Assembly: GCF_963921235.1 (NCBI RefSeq)
Contig: NC_086108.1
Location: 62,932,001-62,996,000 of the forward strand
Direction: 5' to 3'
Source: Mobula hypostoma
Lineage: Eukaryota
DNA: 64,000 nt
Part shown: positions 1 through 11,025 of the stretch, piece after piece
How the letters are laid out: every line of letters begins with the position of its first letter
How positions within the stretch are numbered: position 1 is the first letter of the stretch
The notes under the pieces: generated by a model
Database searches by the model: none
What the model was told of the DNA's origin: nothing
Seen by the model: the letters and a program-made list of their open reading frames with translations, nothing else
Position numbers and translations under genes: made by a program

Positions 1-2490
1 GACTTTTCAAATTCCTCCGAATGCCGTTTGGTCTAAAGAATGCTGCACAGACTTTCCAGCGGTTAATGGACGCGGTGGGACGCGACCTGGACTTTGCATT
101 CATCTATTTGGACGACATCCTCATAGCCAGCAGTAGTCGGCAGGAGCATCTGTCCCACCTCCGCCAGCTCTACTCCCGCCTGAGCGAATTCGGCCTTACA
201 ATCAACCCAGCCAACTGCCAGTTTGGACTCGATACCATCGACTTCCTGGGCCACAGGATTACTAAAGACGGGGCAACCCCGCTGCCCGCCAAGGTAGACG
301 CAGTCCGCAACTTCCCCCGACCCAACACAATCAAAGGCTTGCTGGAATTCGTGGGTATGGTGAATTTCTACCACCGTTTCCTCCCCTCAGCAGCCCGAAC
401 CATGCGCCCCCTGTTCACTCTAATGTCAGGTAAGGGCAAGGACATTACCTGGAACGAAGAGGCCGCAACCGCTTTCGTTAAAACCAAAGAAGCCTTGGCA
501 AACGCCGCGATGCTAGTGCACCCCAGAACGGACGTTCCTACTGCCCTCACGGTGGACGCATCCAACACAGCGGTCGGTGGAGTGCTGGAACAACTCATTG
601 AGGGTCGCTGGCAACCCCTGGCGTTCTTCAGCAAACACCTACGACCACCCGAACTCAAATACAGTGCTTTCGACCGGGAGCTATTGGCACTATACCTGGC
701 AATCCGGCATTTCAGGTACTTCTTAGAAGGTAGGCCCTTCACCGCGTTCACAGACCACAAACCGCTCACCTTTGCGTTCACGAAGGTGTCCGACCCCTGG
801 TCGTCCCGCCAGCAGGGACATCTGTCCTACATCTCCGGGTACACGACGGACATCCGGCATGTCTCGGGAAAGGACAACGTTGTGGCAGACGCACTATCCA
901 GACCTACCATACAGGCCCTGTCCTGGGGGTGGACTATGCAGCGCTGGCAGAGGCACAGCAGGGAGATGCTGAGATCCCCAGTTATAGGACTGCAGTCTCC
1001 GGTTTACAGCTCCAAGACCTCCCCGTAGGCCCAGGTGGGAGGACCCTACTATGTGACGTAGCTACCCGCCAACCCCGCCCCGTCGTCCCAGCAGCCTGGC
1101 GCCGGCGGGTTTTCGAATCCATTCACAACTTAGCGCACCCCTCCATCAGGACAACCATCCGGCTGGTCGCCAACAGGTTCGTGTGGCATGGACTTCGTAA
1201 ACAGGTCAGTGAATGGGCCAAAATGTGCATGCAGTGCCAAACGGCCAAGGTGCAGCGGCACACCAAGGCTCCGCCGCAGCGGTTCGAACTCACCCGCCGG
1301 AGGTTCGACCACATCCATGTGGATATCGTGGGGCCCCTGCCAGTGTCGTGAGGAGCGCGGTATCTCCTAACTATGATAGACCGGTTCACCAGATGGCCAG
1401 AGGCAGTCCCGCTCAGCGACACCACCTCCGAATCCTGCGCCCGAGCACTGATCACAACCTGGGTAGCATGCTTCGGGGTACCGGCCCACATTACCTCTGA
1501 CAGGGGCGCCCAGTTCACCTCCAGCCTGTGGTCGGCTATGGCCAACCTTTTAGGATCACAGCTACACCACACAACTGCCTACCACCCACAGTCGAACGGA
1601 CTAGTGGAGCGTTTCCACCATCACCTGAAGTCGGCTCTCATGGCCCGCCTGGAGGGGCCTAACTGGGTGGACGAACTTCCCTGGGTCCTGCTCGGAATCC
1701 GCACGGCGCCCAAAGAGGATCTGCACACCTCGTCGGCTGAGCTGGTGTATGGCGCACCCCTGGTCGTCCCAGGAGAGTTCATACCAGCCCCAAGGGGGCA
1801 AGAGGAAGAACTCACAGCAGTCCTGGACAGATTTTGGGAGAGGATCGGTAACCTGGCCCCCATCCCCACTTCACAGCACGGACAGAGCCCAAGCTGCGTA
1901 CCCAAAGACCTGCAGAACTGTAAGTTTCTTTTTGTACGACGGGGCGGACACCGGGCACCGCTACAGCGGCCCTACGAGGGGCCGTTTAAGGAGATCAGGA
2001 ACAATGGATCCACGTTCGTGCTAGACATTGCGGGGAGAGAGGAGGTTTTCATGGTGGACCGACTCAAACAGGCCCATGTGGACTTGGCGCAGCCGGTCCA
2101 GGCTCAGGCACCGCGGCGCAGGGGCAGACCTCCCAAACAGAGGCCGATCCAGACGGTGGACATTGGGGGAGGTATCGCCGGTTCTGGGGCGGGGGGGGGG
2201 TTATGTGGCGACCCACTTTCTAGCACACACGAACCGGCTCACAACAGCGCGCGTAGGCAGAGGGCCGGCACCAGAAAGGGCGCCAGGCCATCTTCACCAG
2301 CAGGGGGAAAATCCCGCGCGCGGAAAGGGTCTGGGAATATGCATTCCCCACAGCAATCCCGCCCCAGGGAGGGCGGGAATGGGAAGGCTTTAAAAGCAGG
2401 CCGCGAAGTTTGAATAACTCTCTTCCATCACAACTCTAACTCACCGACTCTGTGTGGTTATTCTAGCGCTGTGTGTAGCACACCGCTACA
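1..2490 (+). mobile_element. Gypsy/Ty3 LTR retrotransposon, 3' part (RT-RNaseH-integrase, PPT, 3' LTR); 5' part outside window
   Basis: ORF 21-1028 has MPFGLKNA, YLDD and RNaseH motifs (TVDAS, FTDHKPL, NVVADALSR). Frameshift near 926. Integrase HHCC (HNLAH...CMQC) and core (ITSDRGAQF, SNGLVERFH), with a TGA stop at about 1349. G-run PPT at 2186-2200. Confidence 0.95.
2204..2490 (+). repeat. 3' LTR (287 bp) of the Gypsy element
   Basis: Starts TGTGGCG just after the PPT and ends CGCTACA (TG...CA with imperfect terminal inverted repeat). TTTAAAA near 2389; sharp switch to AT-rich DNA after 2490. Confidence 0.85.
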
Positions 2491-3354
2491 ATCTCGTAAT
2501 ATTTGTGATCTTACAGTGAGTCATTTCCTGTGTGTTTGAATCACAATATTAATATTTAAATTAGAAATCTAATGTGAAATAGCTGGTTCAGGCTTAGCAC
2601 ACGTTCATATTGCCACAGTTACAGTGCACTTGCACCAGAGTTCCAGCTTTGTTATTATAATAACTGGCAGTAGAAATTGGATAACTAAATGAGAAGACAT
2701 GCAAATATGATAGCAGAAAAATATAATTCTCCTTCATTTGGCTATTCATTTTAGAATATCCTGCCTTATTTCCAACTTCCTCTTTCTCAAAGCCTATGGG
2801 TTTCTTCCCCAAAATCTAATATCTAATGAAATGCAGTCCCTGTGTCAGCACTTCCTGCACATGTTGATAAGTCTATCCCATAAGTTAAAAACCTTAAATG
2901 CAGTGAAGCTTTTTTATGTTATATTTAACTTTTGGAGTCCTTTTCAGATGCATAAATGTCCTGAGCCCTAAATGTATACTAGCATTTTGAAGCAACTTTG
3001 AGTACTAATCAGGATGCCCATCTGCTTCCTGTAACTCGTTATTAGGGTATTTGCTTATGCTGAAAAGACCTGACATGATGGGTCTCTGCGATTGTTTCTT
3101 TTCATGCAGAGATTGCCTCAGGAGTGAGATGTCTTCTAGTAAGAGCTTGGTTCCCAGTGCTTCAATGTGGTTGACTGCAGCTTAGCCCACTGCATTCACA
3201 AAATGGCTTTGAGAGGTGGTGAGACCTTACTCCTATGGCTCACTGCTTATCAAAGTTGGAACCATTATTGGAGCAGTTATTGCTTGTCAATGTTGTTGGC
3301 TTTCAAATGTATCCAATAACACATTGGATAAATTTATAAATTTGAAAGTTAAAA

Positions 3355-3750
3355 ATCAGAATCAGGTTTAGTATCACCAGCATATGTCGTGAAATTTGTT
3401 AAATTAGCAGCAGCAGTACATTGCAATATATGATAATATAGAAAAAATAATGAAGTAAATCGATTACAGTAAGTATATATATGTATATTAAATAATTAAA
3501 TTAAAAATAGTGCTAAAACAAAATTAAAAATTAAAGTGAGGTAGTGTTCATAGGTTCAATGTCCATTCTAAACTTGGATGGCAGAAGGGAAGAAGCTGTT
3601 CCTGAATCACTGAGTGTGTGCCTTCCGGTTTCTGTACCTCCTTTCCTGATGGTAACAATGAGGAAGGAGTATGTGCTGGGTGATGGGAATCCTTGATAAT
3701 GGATTCTTTGAAGAATTGTTGGATATCTTGGCAGCCATGATGCAACTGAC
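3355..3750 (-). mobile_element. Rex1/Babar-type LINE 3' fragment
   Basis: Minus-strand translation SIIKDSHHPAHT..SLLPSG (Rex/Babar C-terminus) and an aatcagaatcag tail. Related copies at about 45670 and 54056/58025. Confidence 0.75.
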
Positions 3751-3864
3751 GAATTTTACATGTATATTTTACATCAGTATTTTTAAATATATAAATTTAC
3801 ACAACATTTAAAAAATATTTCCCTCACACACTAAAATCAGTTGTAAACTTTGAGGCTATCTGAA

Positions 3865-5682
3865 GGGTGACAGGGTAATGTACTGGTTAACACAATGCTT
3901 TATAGTACCAGCGACCCAGGTTGAATTCCTGCTGCTGCCTGTAAGGAGTTTGTATGTTCTCCCCGTGACCGTGTGGGTTTCCTCCGGGTACAGCTGTCCC
4001 CCGGTTTTCAAACGTTCGCTTTCCGAAACCTCACTGTTACGAAAGACCTACATTAGTTCCCTGTTTTCACTAACAGAAGGTGTTTTCACTGTTATGAAAA
4101 AAAGCAGCGCATGATGAAAGGCAGCGCGCACTCCGAGCAGCTGCTGTCCGCCGGATTCGGAGCAGCATTGCTTAAACATGTGCCTGTGAGCAGCCGTTTG
4201 CAAGATGAGTTCTAAGGTGTCGGAAAAGCCTGAAAGAGCTCGTAAGGGTGTTACACTTAGCGTAAAACTAGTCTTAATTAAGCGTTTCGATCGTGGTGAA
4301 CGAAGTAAGGACAAAGTGAGTTTGGCTTGTGGAAGTTGACGAAGATGATGTTGAAGAGGTTTTGGCATCTCATGACCAAGAACTGATAGATGAAGAGCTG
4401 ATGCAATTGGAAGAGGAAAGGATAACAATTGAAACTGAACGCAGTAGCGAACGGACTGAAAGTGAAGTCGTCCAGGAACTGAACGTGAAGCAACTGCGTG
4501 AGATTTTCACTGCAATGATGAAGTACGACTTTAATTTTGAAGGGGTACGTTGGTTTAGGGCATATTTGCAGGGTGGTTAAAGTGTTTACAAAGAACTGTA
4601 TAATAGAAAAATGCGTGAGGCTAAGCAGTCAAGCAAGCCTTCCACATCAGCCACAGCCGACAATGAACCTTGACCTTCGACATTGAGGCAGGAAGTCATA
4701 GGAGAAGATGACCTGCCTGCCCTGATGGAAACAGATGACACCCCAATGTCCCACCACCCCAACCCCCGGGCCACGGACAGATACTGATTCGCAAAGAATG
4801 CAGTGGTAGCCAGGAGGCACCCAGCACATCTTTAAGAAAAAAAGCCGAAATAAACAAGCTAATTAATTAGGTACCGCCCGGCATGTAAATGTCGGCCCAG
4901 GTCAGAGGCATCTTAAAGATGTGCTGAGTGCCTCCCGGCTACCACTGCATTCTTCGCAGATCGGTATCAGGTCGCTGCCTGGAGGGTTGGGGCCACTGCA
5001 CCACCCCAACCTCCGACGACTCAGCCTAACACACCATCATCAATGTGCTCGATGTCTTCCCGATTCCCAGAAGTGATACTACACTGTACATACATTATTT
5101 TTACTTTATATAGGCTGTGTATTTTTAGGTGTTATTTGGTATGATTTGGCAGCTTCATAGCTTAAAGGTTACTAGAGAGCACTTGCACCGCGTTTTTGCC
5201 GACGGCGCTTGCGTGAGATTTTCGCTATGGAGGACAGTGCGGCAATGATTGTGGAAAAGTATTTCTACTTTATATAGGCTGTGTATTCATCATATCATTC
5301 CTGCTTTTACTATATGTTACTGTTATTTTAGGTTTTATGTGTTATTTGGCATGATTTGGTAGGTTATTTTTGGGTCTGCGAACGCTCACTAAGTTTTCCC
5401 ATATAAATTAATGGTAATTGCTTCTTTGCTTTACGACATTCTGGCTTACGAACTGTTTCATAGAAACGCTCTATCTTCGGATGGTGGGGGAAACCTGTAC
5501 TCTGTTTTCCTTCTACATTCCAAAGACATACAGCTGGTAGGTTAATTGGTCATTGTAAATTGTTCTGTAATTAGGCTAGGGTTAAATTGGGGGATTGTTG
5601 GGCAACGCAGATCAAATGGCTGAAAAGGCATATTCTGCACTGTATCTCAATAAAAATAAATAAATAAATAAATAAACAAACA
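3865..5682 (+). mobile_element. tRNA-derived V-SINE (HE1-like), split by a Tigger insertion: head 3865-3990, tail 5498-5682
   Basis: B-box-like ggttgaattcc at about 3919. V-SINE core gtgggtttcctccgggta|ctctgttttccttctacattccaaagac reads continuously across the insertion. (TAAA)n tail. Confidence 0.8.
3991..5497 (+). mobile_element. Internally deleted Tigger/pogo (Tc1-mariner superfamily) DNA transposon
   Basis: TA duplication at 3989-90 and 5498-99; imperfect TIRs (CAGCTGTCCCCC / GGGGGAAACCTG). ATG at 4205 gives MSSKVSEKPERARKGVTLSVKLVLIKRFDRGE (CENP-B/psq HTH), joined to a Tigger-like acidic C-terminus (EDDVEEVLASHDQELIDEELMQLEEER). No DDE domain. Confidence 0.85.
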
Positions 5683-6429
5683 AGCTCTGCTACTCTTTCC
5701 CCTAGCAGTAGATGCCTCCCATTAATTTGAATACGTCTTTCATCAGGTTTAGCCTATCATGGGTTGAGTGGGCAGATTGCAAGTCTGTCATTTGGGAAGT
5801 CTGTGATGGGCCCTGTAGGACACCATTGGTCCAGCAGAGAAGCAACTAGCAGCCCAGGGCAGGGTGGAAGATATCATTGCCAATTTTAGGTCCACATCAT
5901 TGCTGGAGACCTTTGTAGGGAAGCAGGAAAACACCTGCATTACTGCTGGAGTGAATTTATTTAATTTTATTCTGCAAGTTCCAGACTAAGAAGAAATAAA
6001 CTTATTTACCTTTTGTCTCTTTTGCCAGTACTTTCTGATCTTTATTATTTTTCTTATTATTTCTTATTTTTTGTCTTGTATTCAACCAAAGCCCAATCAT
6101 GAAAAATACTGAAGTTATCATCTTGGATTAGAAGTTATGTAAACTGGGAAACACTGAGCTATGAAAAACCTGATATATTTTTTAAAAGTATTACTTTGGA
6201 GCACTGAATTGTCTCAAATGCTTTAAGATTTTATCCAATCCAGCGAGATGGAATAAAACTATCTCAGACTGCTATTGAAGCCACAAGTGACAATTTTTTT
6301 CTTTAAAAATCTTTTTTCTCTCTCCGCCCCCCCCCCAGTGACATTTCTGCTTTCTGAAACCGTCTAAATTCACAGCACAAACTACCTTGCAACTCTGTTC
6401 AGTTATTCAGCAGGAGTTATCCTTTACAC

Positions 6430-8208
6430 TACTGGTCCCCAACCACCAGGCCGCAAAGCATGTGCTACCGGGCCACGAGGAAACGATATGAGTCAACTGC
6501 ACCTTTCCTCATTCCCTGTCACGCACTGTTGAACTTGAACGCACGCGAGGTCGTTACCTAAGTGAGGACATCAGTCGATCATTAACCTACAACTACTGGA
6601 TGAATAAAAAACAAACGTCACTTGAGAGTTTCTTTGGAAGAGATGTAAGGGGACATAAAAAGCCTAACGATGATGATAATGCAGAGACAGCTGAGGCCGA
6701 GACTGCAAAAAAAAAAGAAAGCTCCTTCAACAGAAAATACGGCGAGTTGTACATAAAATATGGCTTTATTGTGACCGGTGACTCGCACGCTCCAAGTCCC
6801 CTGTGTGTGATATGTGGAGACAAGCTGTCTAATGAGGCAATGAAGCCCTCAAATCTGCTTTGGCACCTTGATTCCAAGCACCCTGCACTGAAAGACAAAC
6901 ATGTTGAGTTTTTCGAGCAGAAAAAACGTGAGCAAGCGGGACAGAAGCAAGTGCTGAGAGCCACCACCTGCACAAATGCTGCTGCTCTGAGAGCGTCGTA
7001 CTTAGTGGCTAGTCGTATTGCTAAGGCTAAGAAGCCTTTCACTGTTGGTGAAGAATTGATTCTGCCTGCTGCCAAGGACGTGTGCTGTGAACTGTTGGGA
7101 GAAGCTGCAGCTAACAAGATGGCACAGGTTCCTCTTTCAGCTACCACAGTTTCAAGGAGAATCGATGACATAGCGGAGGACATTGAAGCATAGCTGTTGG
7201 AACGGCCTAACGAGTCTAGTTTCACTACCCGAGTCAAAAAGGTTTCTCCTGAATGCCAGTCTACACACTGTGTCACACACAGGGAAATGCTGGCTAGCCG
7301 AAAAATGTCACCTGATCTTAACAGCGTATTGAGTGACGTTGTTGAAGTTATCAATCACATCAAAGCAAAAGCCCTTAACTCATGTCTGTTTGAGCAGGTT
7401 TGCAAGGAAATGGATGCAGAGCACAAATGCCTTCTCTTACACACTGAAGTCAGGTGGCTATCAAGGGGCAGAGCCCTGGCCAGGGTTTTTAAGTTAAGAG
7501 AGCAGCTACAGAGATTTCTTTCAGGAAAAAAGTCACCACTTCAGTGAGGAGGAGTGGATAGCAAAACTTGCTTATCTGTGTGACATCTTCAACCTGCTCA
7601 ATGAACTCAATTTCTCACTTCAGGGGAGAATGACAACTGTGTTCAAGTTGGCAGATAAAGTGTCTTCTTTCACAGCCAAACTAGAACTGTGGGGACGCTG
7701 AGTGGACAGGGTATATTTGACATGTTCCCAACATTGGCTAGGACGATGGGCTGAAAAGTGGGTTTGACATAACATCTCTGCCGGCATTCTGGATCAAAGT
7801 CAAGGCTGAATATCCTGATATAGCCATGAAAGCACTGAAAACGTTGCTTCCATTTCCAACATCATATCTCTACAAAGCGGGGTTTTCTGCAATGAATGCA
7901 ACGAAAACTAAATTGTGAAATAGACTGGACATAAGGAACCCCCTTATGACTTATAATTGACTTATCACTATATTCATGCGAGGAAAATATGTGCTCTGTT
8001 TTTAATATTAAATTCGTTAGATAACCCCTTTTAGAAACAAAACTGAGTGTATTAGCCACTGATGTGACCTATAGTTGACTTATCACCTATATTCCGGTCG
8101 TGATTAACAACCCACCCCACTCCCCACCCCCGCCCCCAGTCGGCCGGTCCGCAAGAATATTATCAATATTATACCGGTCCACGGTGCAAAAAAGGTTGGG
8201 GACCCCTG
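6430..8208 (+). mobile_element. hAT (Charlie/Buster) DNA transposon with decayed, deleted transposase
   Basis: Perfect 8-bp TSD CTTTACAC (6422-29, 8209-16); TIRs ..GGTCCCCAACC / GGTTGGGGACCCCTG. BED finger (PLCVICGDKLSNEAMKPSNLLWHLDSKH), HCVTHRE and LLLHTEVRWLSRG motifs; stops present. Confidence 0.95.
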
Positions 8209-8692
8209 CTTTACACGGCTTGGTGGCAAAATTATAAAGTTTGCTGTCCATTGGATTGGTATCATTGAATACCTTTACAAATCTGTGATGCATTGAGTAC
8301 TTTTTACAGGTAGAAATTCTGTACCTTAATTGGTATTCTTGGCAAGAAGTGACAGGTTAAGAGTCCTGCACCATATATCGTATCTTGGCATTTCATTTTT
8401 CATTTTGATGTAAATATTGGCTTTGAAATTATATTTATATGTTGGATATTCATCAATGCAAAATTCCTCACTGTATGCTACTTTTGTTATAACATGAATT
8501 ATTTTGTTTAAATGGGTTAAACATATATTTCCAACTGCACAAATACACTCTAATTGTGTTTGATTGTGTAAATATTAGACAGAATTGGAAGTTATCTTTT
8601 TAATGAACTGTTCATCATTGCTACTCAGCAAATGATGCTAAGATCTGTTTCCACAAGTGTTGCTTTTCCATTTGTGTTTTTCCAAATAGCTG

Positions 8693-11025
8693 TTTTTGTT
8701 TTCAAATGTTTTTATTGTGAAGCAACATCAGCTTAACCACAACCGACAATGTCCTAAAGTACAATGCTTCTTTTTCTTTTCTTTCTTATAACAACATAAT
8801 GAAAGTCAAATGAATGTATGTATAGTAAACAAGCAAAAAGCAAAGGAAACCCTACCACCCTGTCTCTTTTCCCCTTCCCAGCCTTACTGCCCCCCCCCAC
8901 ACTTAGTTTAGCTGTCAGTCTTCGGTCCCTTCTAAATCCAACAGTAGTGGTTGCCAGATTTTTTCAAATTCCTTGAGTCTGTCCTTGACAATGTATGTTA
9001 TCTTCTCCAGATGCAGAGTATCCATTAATGCAGCCAGCTATTGTCTAAGTGACGGAGTTTCCTCCTTTTTCCAGAACATCAGTATGAGTTTCTTTCTATT
9101 AAGTATGCCATAGGTCAAGAGTTGTTGCTGGGTAGCCTGGAATTTATATGACCTCGCAGAAGTTCCAAAAATTATTAAAATTGGGTCTGGTATTATCTGA
9201 ATATTTAGTACCTTCAATAGGATCTCAAATATTTGCTTCCAATACTCTTGTATCCTGAGACATAAAGCATAACTATGTAACAAATTTGCCTCCGAGGACT
9301 TGCATTTCTCATATATTGGGGACACCTCTGGGAATATTTTATGAGTCCTTACTTTTGAGTAATGTTCTCTATGTAGGATTTTAAATTGTATTAAACAATG
9401 CCTGGCATTGATAGAACAGGAGTTAACATACTCCAAAGCCTCATTCCATATAATCTCCTCTATCTCTGTACCCAACACCTCTTCCCACTCTTTTTTAATA
9501 TTATCCATTGTTGTATGACACTTGTTTTGTATGGCATCATACAGATAGGCGATGATGTGTTCTGTCCCTAAACATGATCTTAAATGATTATCTAATTTAT
9601 CAGGTTCTACCGTCTCAAAGCCAGAAAGGTGTAATCTTATATAGTGTCTTAGCTGGAAATACCTGAAAAAAATGACTCTCTTGCAATCTGAACTTGTCCT
9701 GGAGCTGCCGAAATGACACAAAAATTGTATGTATAAGTCTCCAACGCTGCATATCCCTAATTCTCACCATGCATCAAAGGCCCCACCTATACATAAGGGG
9801 ATAAAAGAGGGGTTTGCTGATATAGGTACAAGAAAAGATAATGTTCTGAGTTTCAAATGCTTCCCTATTTGTCTCCACATCTGTATGGTGCTACGGATAA
9901 TGGGATTGCCTCTATAACAGGCTTTATTTAACTGAATAGGGGACATAATGATTGCCCTTATGGAATATGGTAGGCAATCCTCATGCTCCATCTCCAACCA
10001 TCCGGGAAGTACAACTGTATCATCTATCCAGTATGCTATATGGCTAACGTTAGCAGCTCAATAATAAAAAATAAAGTCGGGTAGTGCCAGTCCCCCACTA
10101 GTCTTATTCTTGCAGAGATGTTCTTTCCTAATTCGAGGGGCTTTATAATTCCATATAAAAGGTAGAATTATCAAATATAATCCTTTAAAAAAGGTTTTGG
10201 TGAGATAGAGGGGCAGGTTCTGAAATAAATAGAGCAGTTGGGGAAGAAAGATCATCTTGACTGAATTTACTCTACCCACTAAAGAAATTGGGAGTGTCTT
10301 CCAAAATTCTATTTTCTTTTTAATCTTTTCAATTAGAGAGATAAAATTTGCTTCAGATCGAGAACTATACTTTTTGGTTATTACAGTTCCAAGGTAAGTA
10401 AACTTCTCAAGGGTTATTTTGAATGGGAATTGTTTAAGCCCCTCCTGTTCTTCTACTTGGACCGGGAATAATTCATTTTTCCCCCAATTAATCTTATATT
10501 CCGAGGAAGCGCCAAGTAAATTGACTATTTCCAGCAAAACTGGAAGAGTAATATATGGTTTTGTTACAACCAACGAAACACCGTCCGCATAAAGGGAAAT
10601 TTTGTTGATAGTATATTGTGTATTATACCCATAAATTTCGGGCTGAGAACATATAGTCTCTGCCAGTGGTTCCAGAGCCAACGCAAACAATAAGAGACTT
10701 AATGTACACCCCTGTCTTGTGCCCCTGTGCAAACTGAATGGTTCCGAGAGGGTCTGATTAGTTGGTATTTTAGCACTAGGGTTACTGTACAATAGCTTAA
10801 TCCAAGTTATAAATTTGTCTCCCATTCCAAATTTTTTCAAAACCTCGTAGAGGTATTGCCATTCCACTTGATTGAACGTTTTCTCAGCATCTAAACTTAC
10901 TATTATAAGGTCTTCCTTAGGATGTCTTGGGGAATGCATTATATTAAGAAGGCACCTGATGTTATGGAAAGAATTCCTTTCAGGGATAAACCCGGTTTGA
11001 TCTGAGGGTACCAATTTATTTATCT
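8693..11025 (-). mobile_element. L1/Tx1-clade LINE ORF2, 3' half (RT, Cys-rich domain, 3'UTR/polyA)
   Basis: ORF 10058-11014 has SDQTGF, SLDAEK, GTRQGC and LYADG. ORF 9038-9721 has CKSSEANLLHSYALC. Minus-strand AATAAA and A-rich tail near 8693-8716. Confidence 0.92.

Noticed and set aside
3865..3935. tRNA gene (also about 52590-52655 and 34026-34090)
   Set aside because: Degenerate SINE heads running into SINE core sequence; no complete cloverleaf.
4205..4580. TIGD/CENP-B-like host gene
   Set aside because: The HTH start is fused out of frame to the C-terminus, the DDE domain is missing, and it lies between TIRs with a TA TSD.
6600..7547. ZBED5/SCAND3/FAM200-like domesticated gene
   Set aside because: Flanked by TIRs and an 8-bp TSD, with stops and a large internal deletion: a dead hAT copy. 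The antisense ORF 6593-7354 is a shadow.
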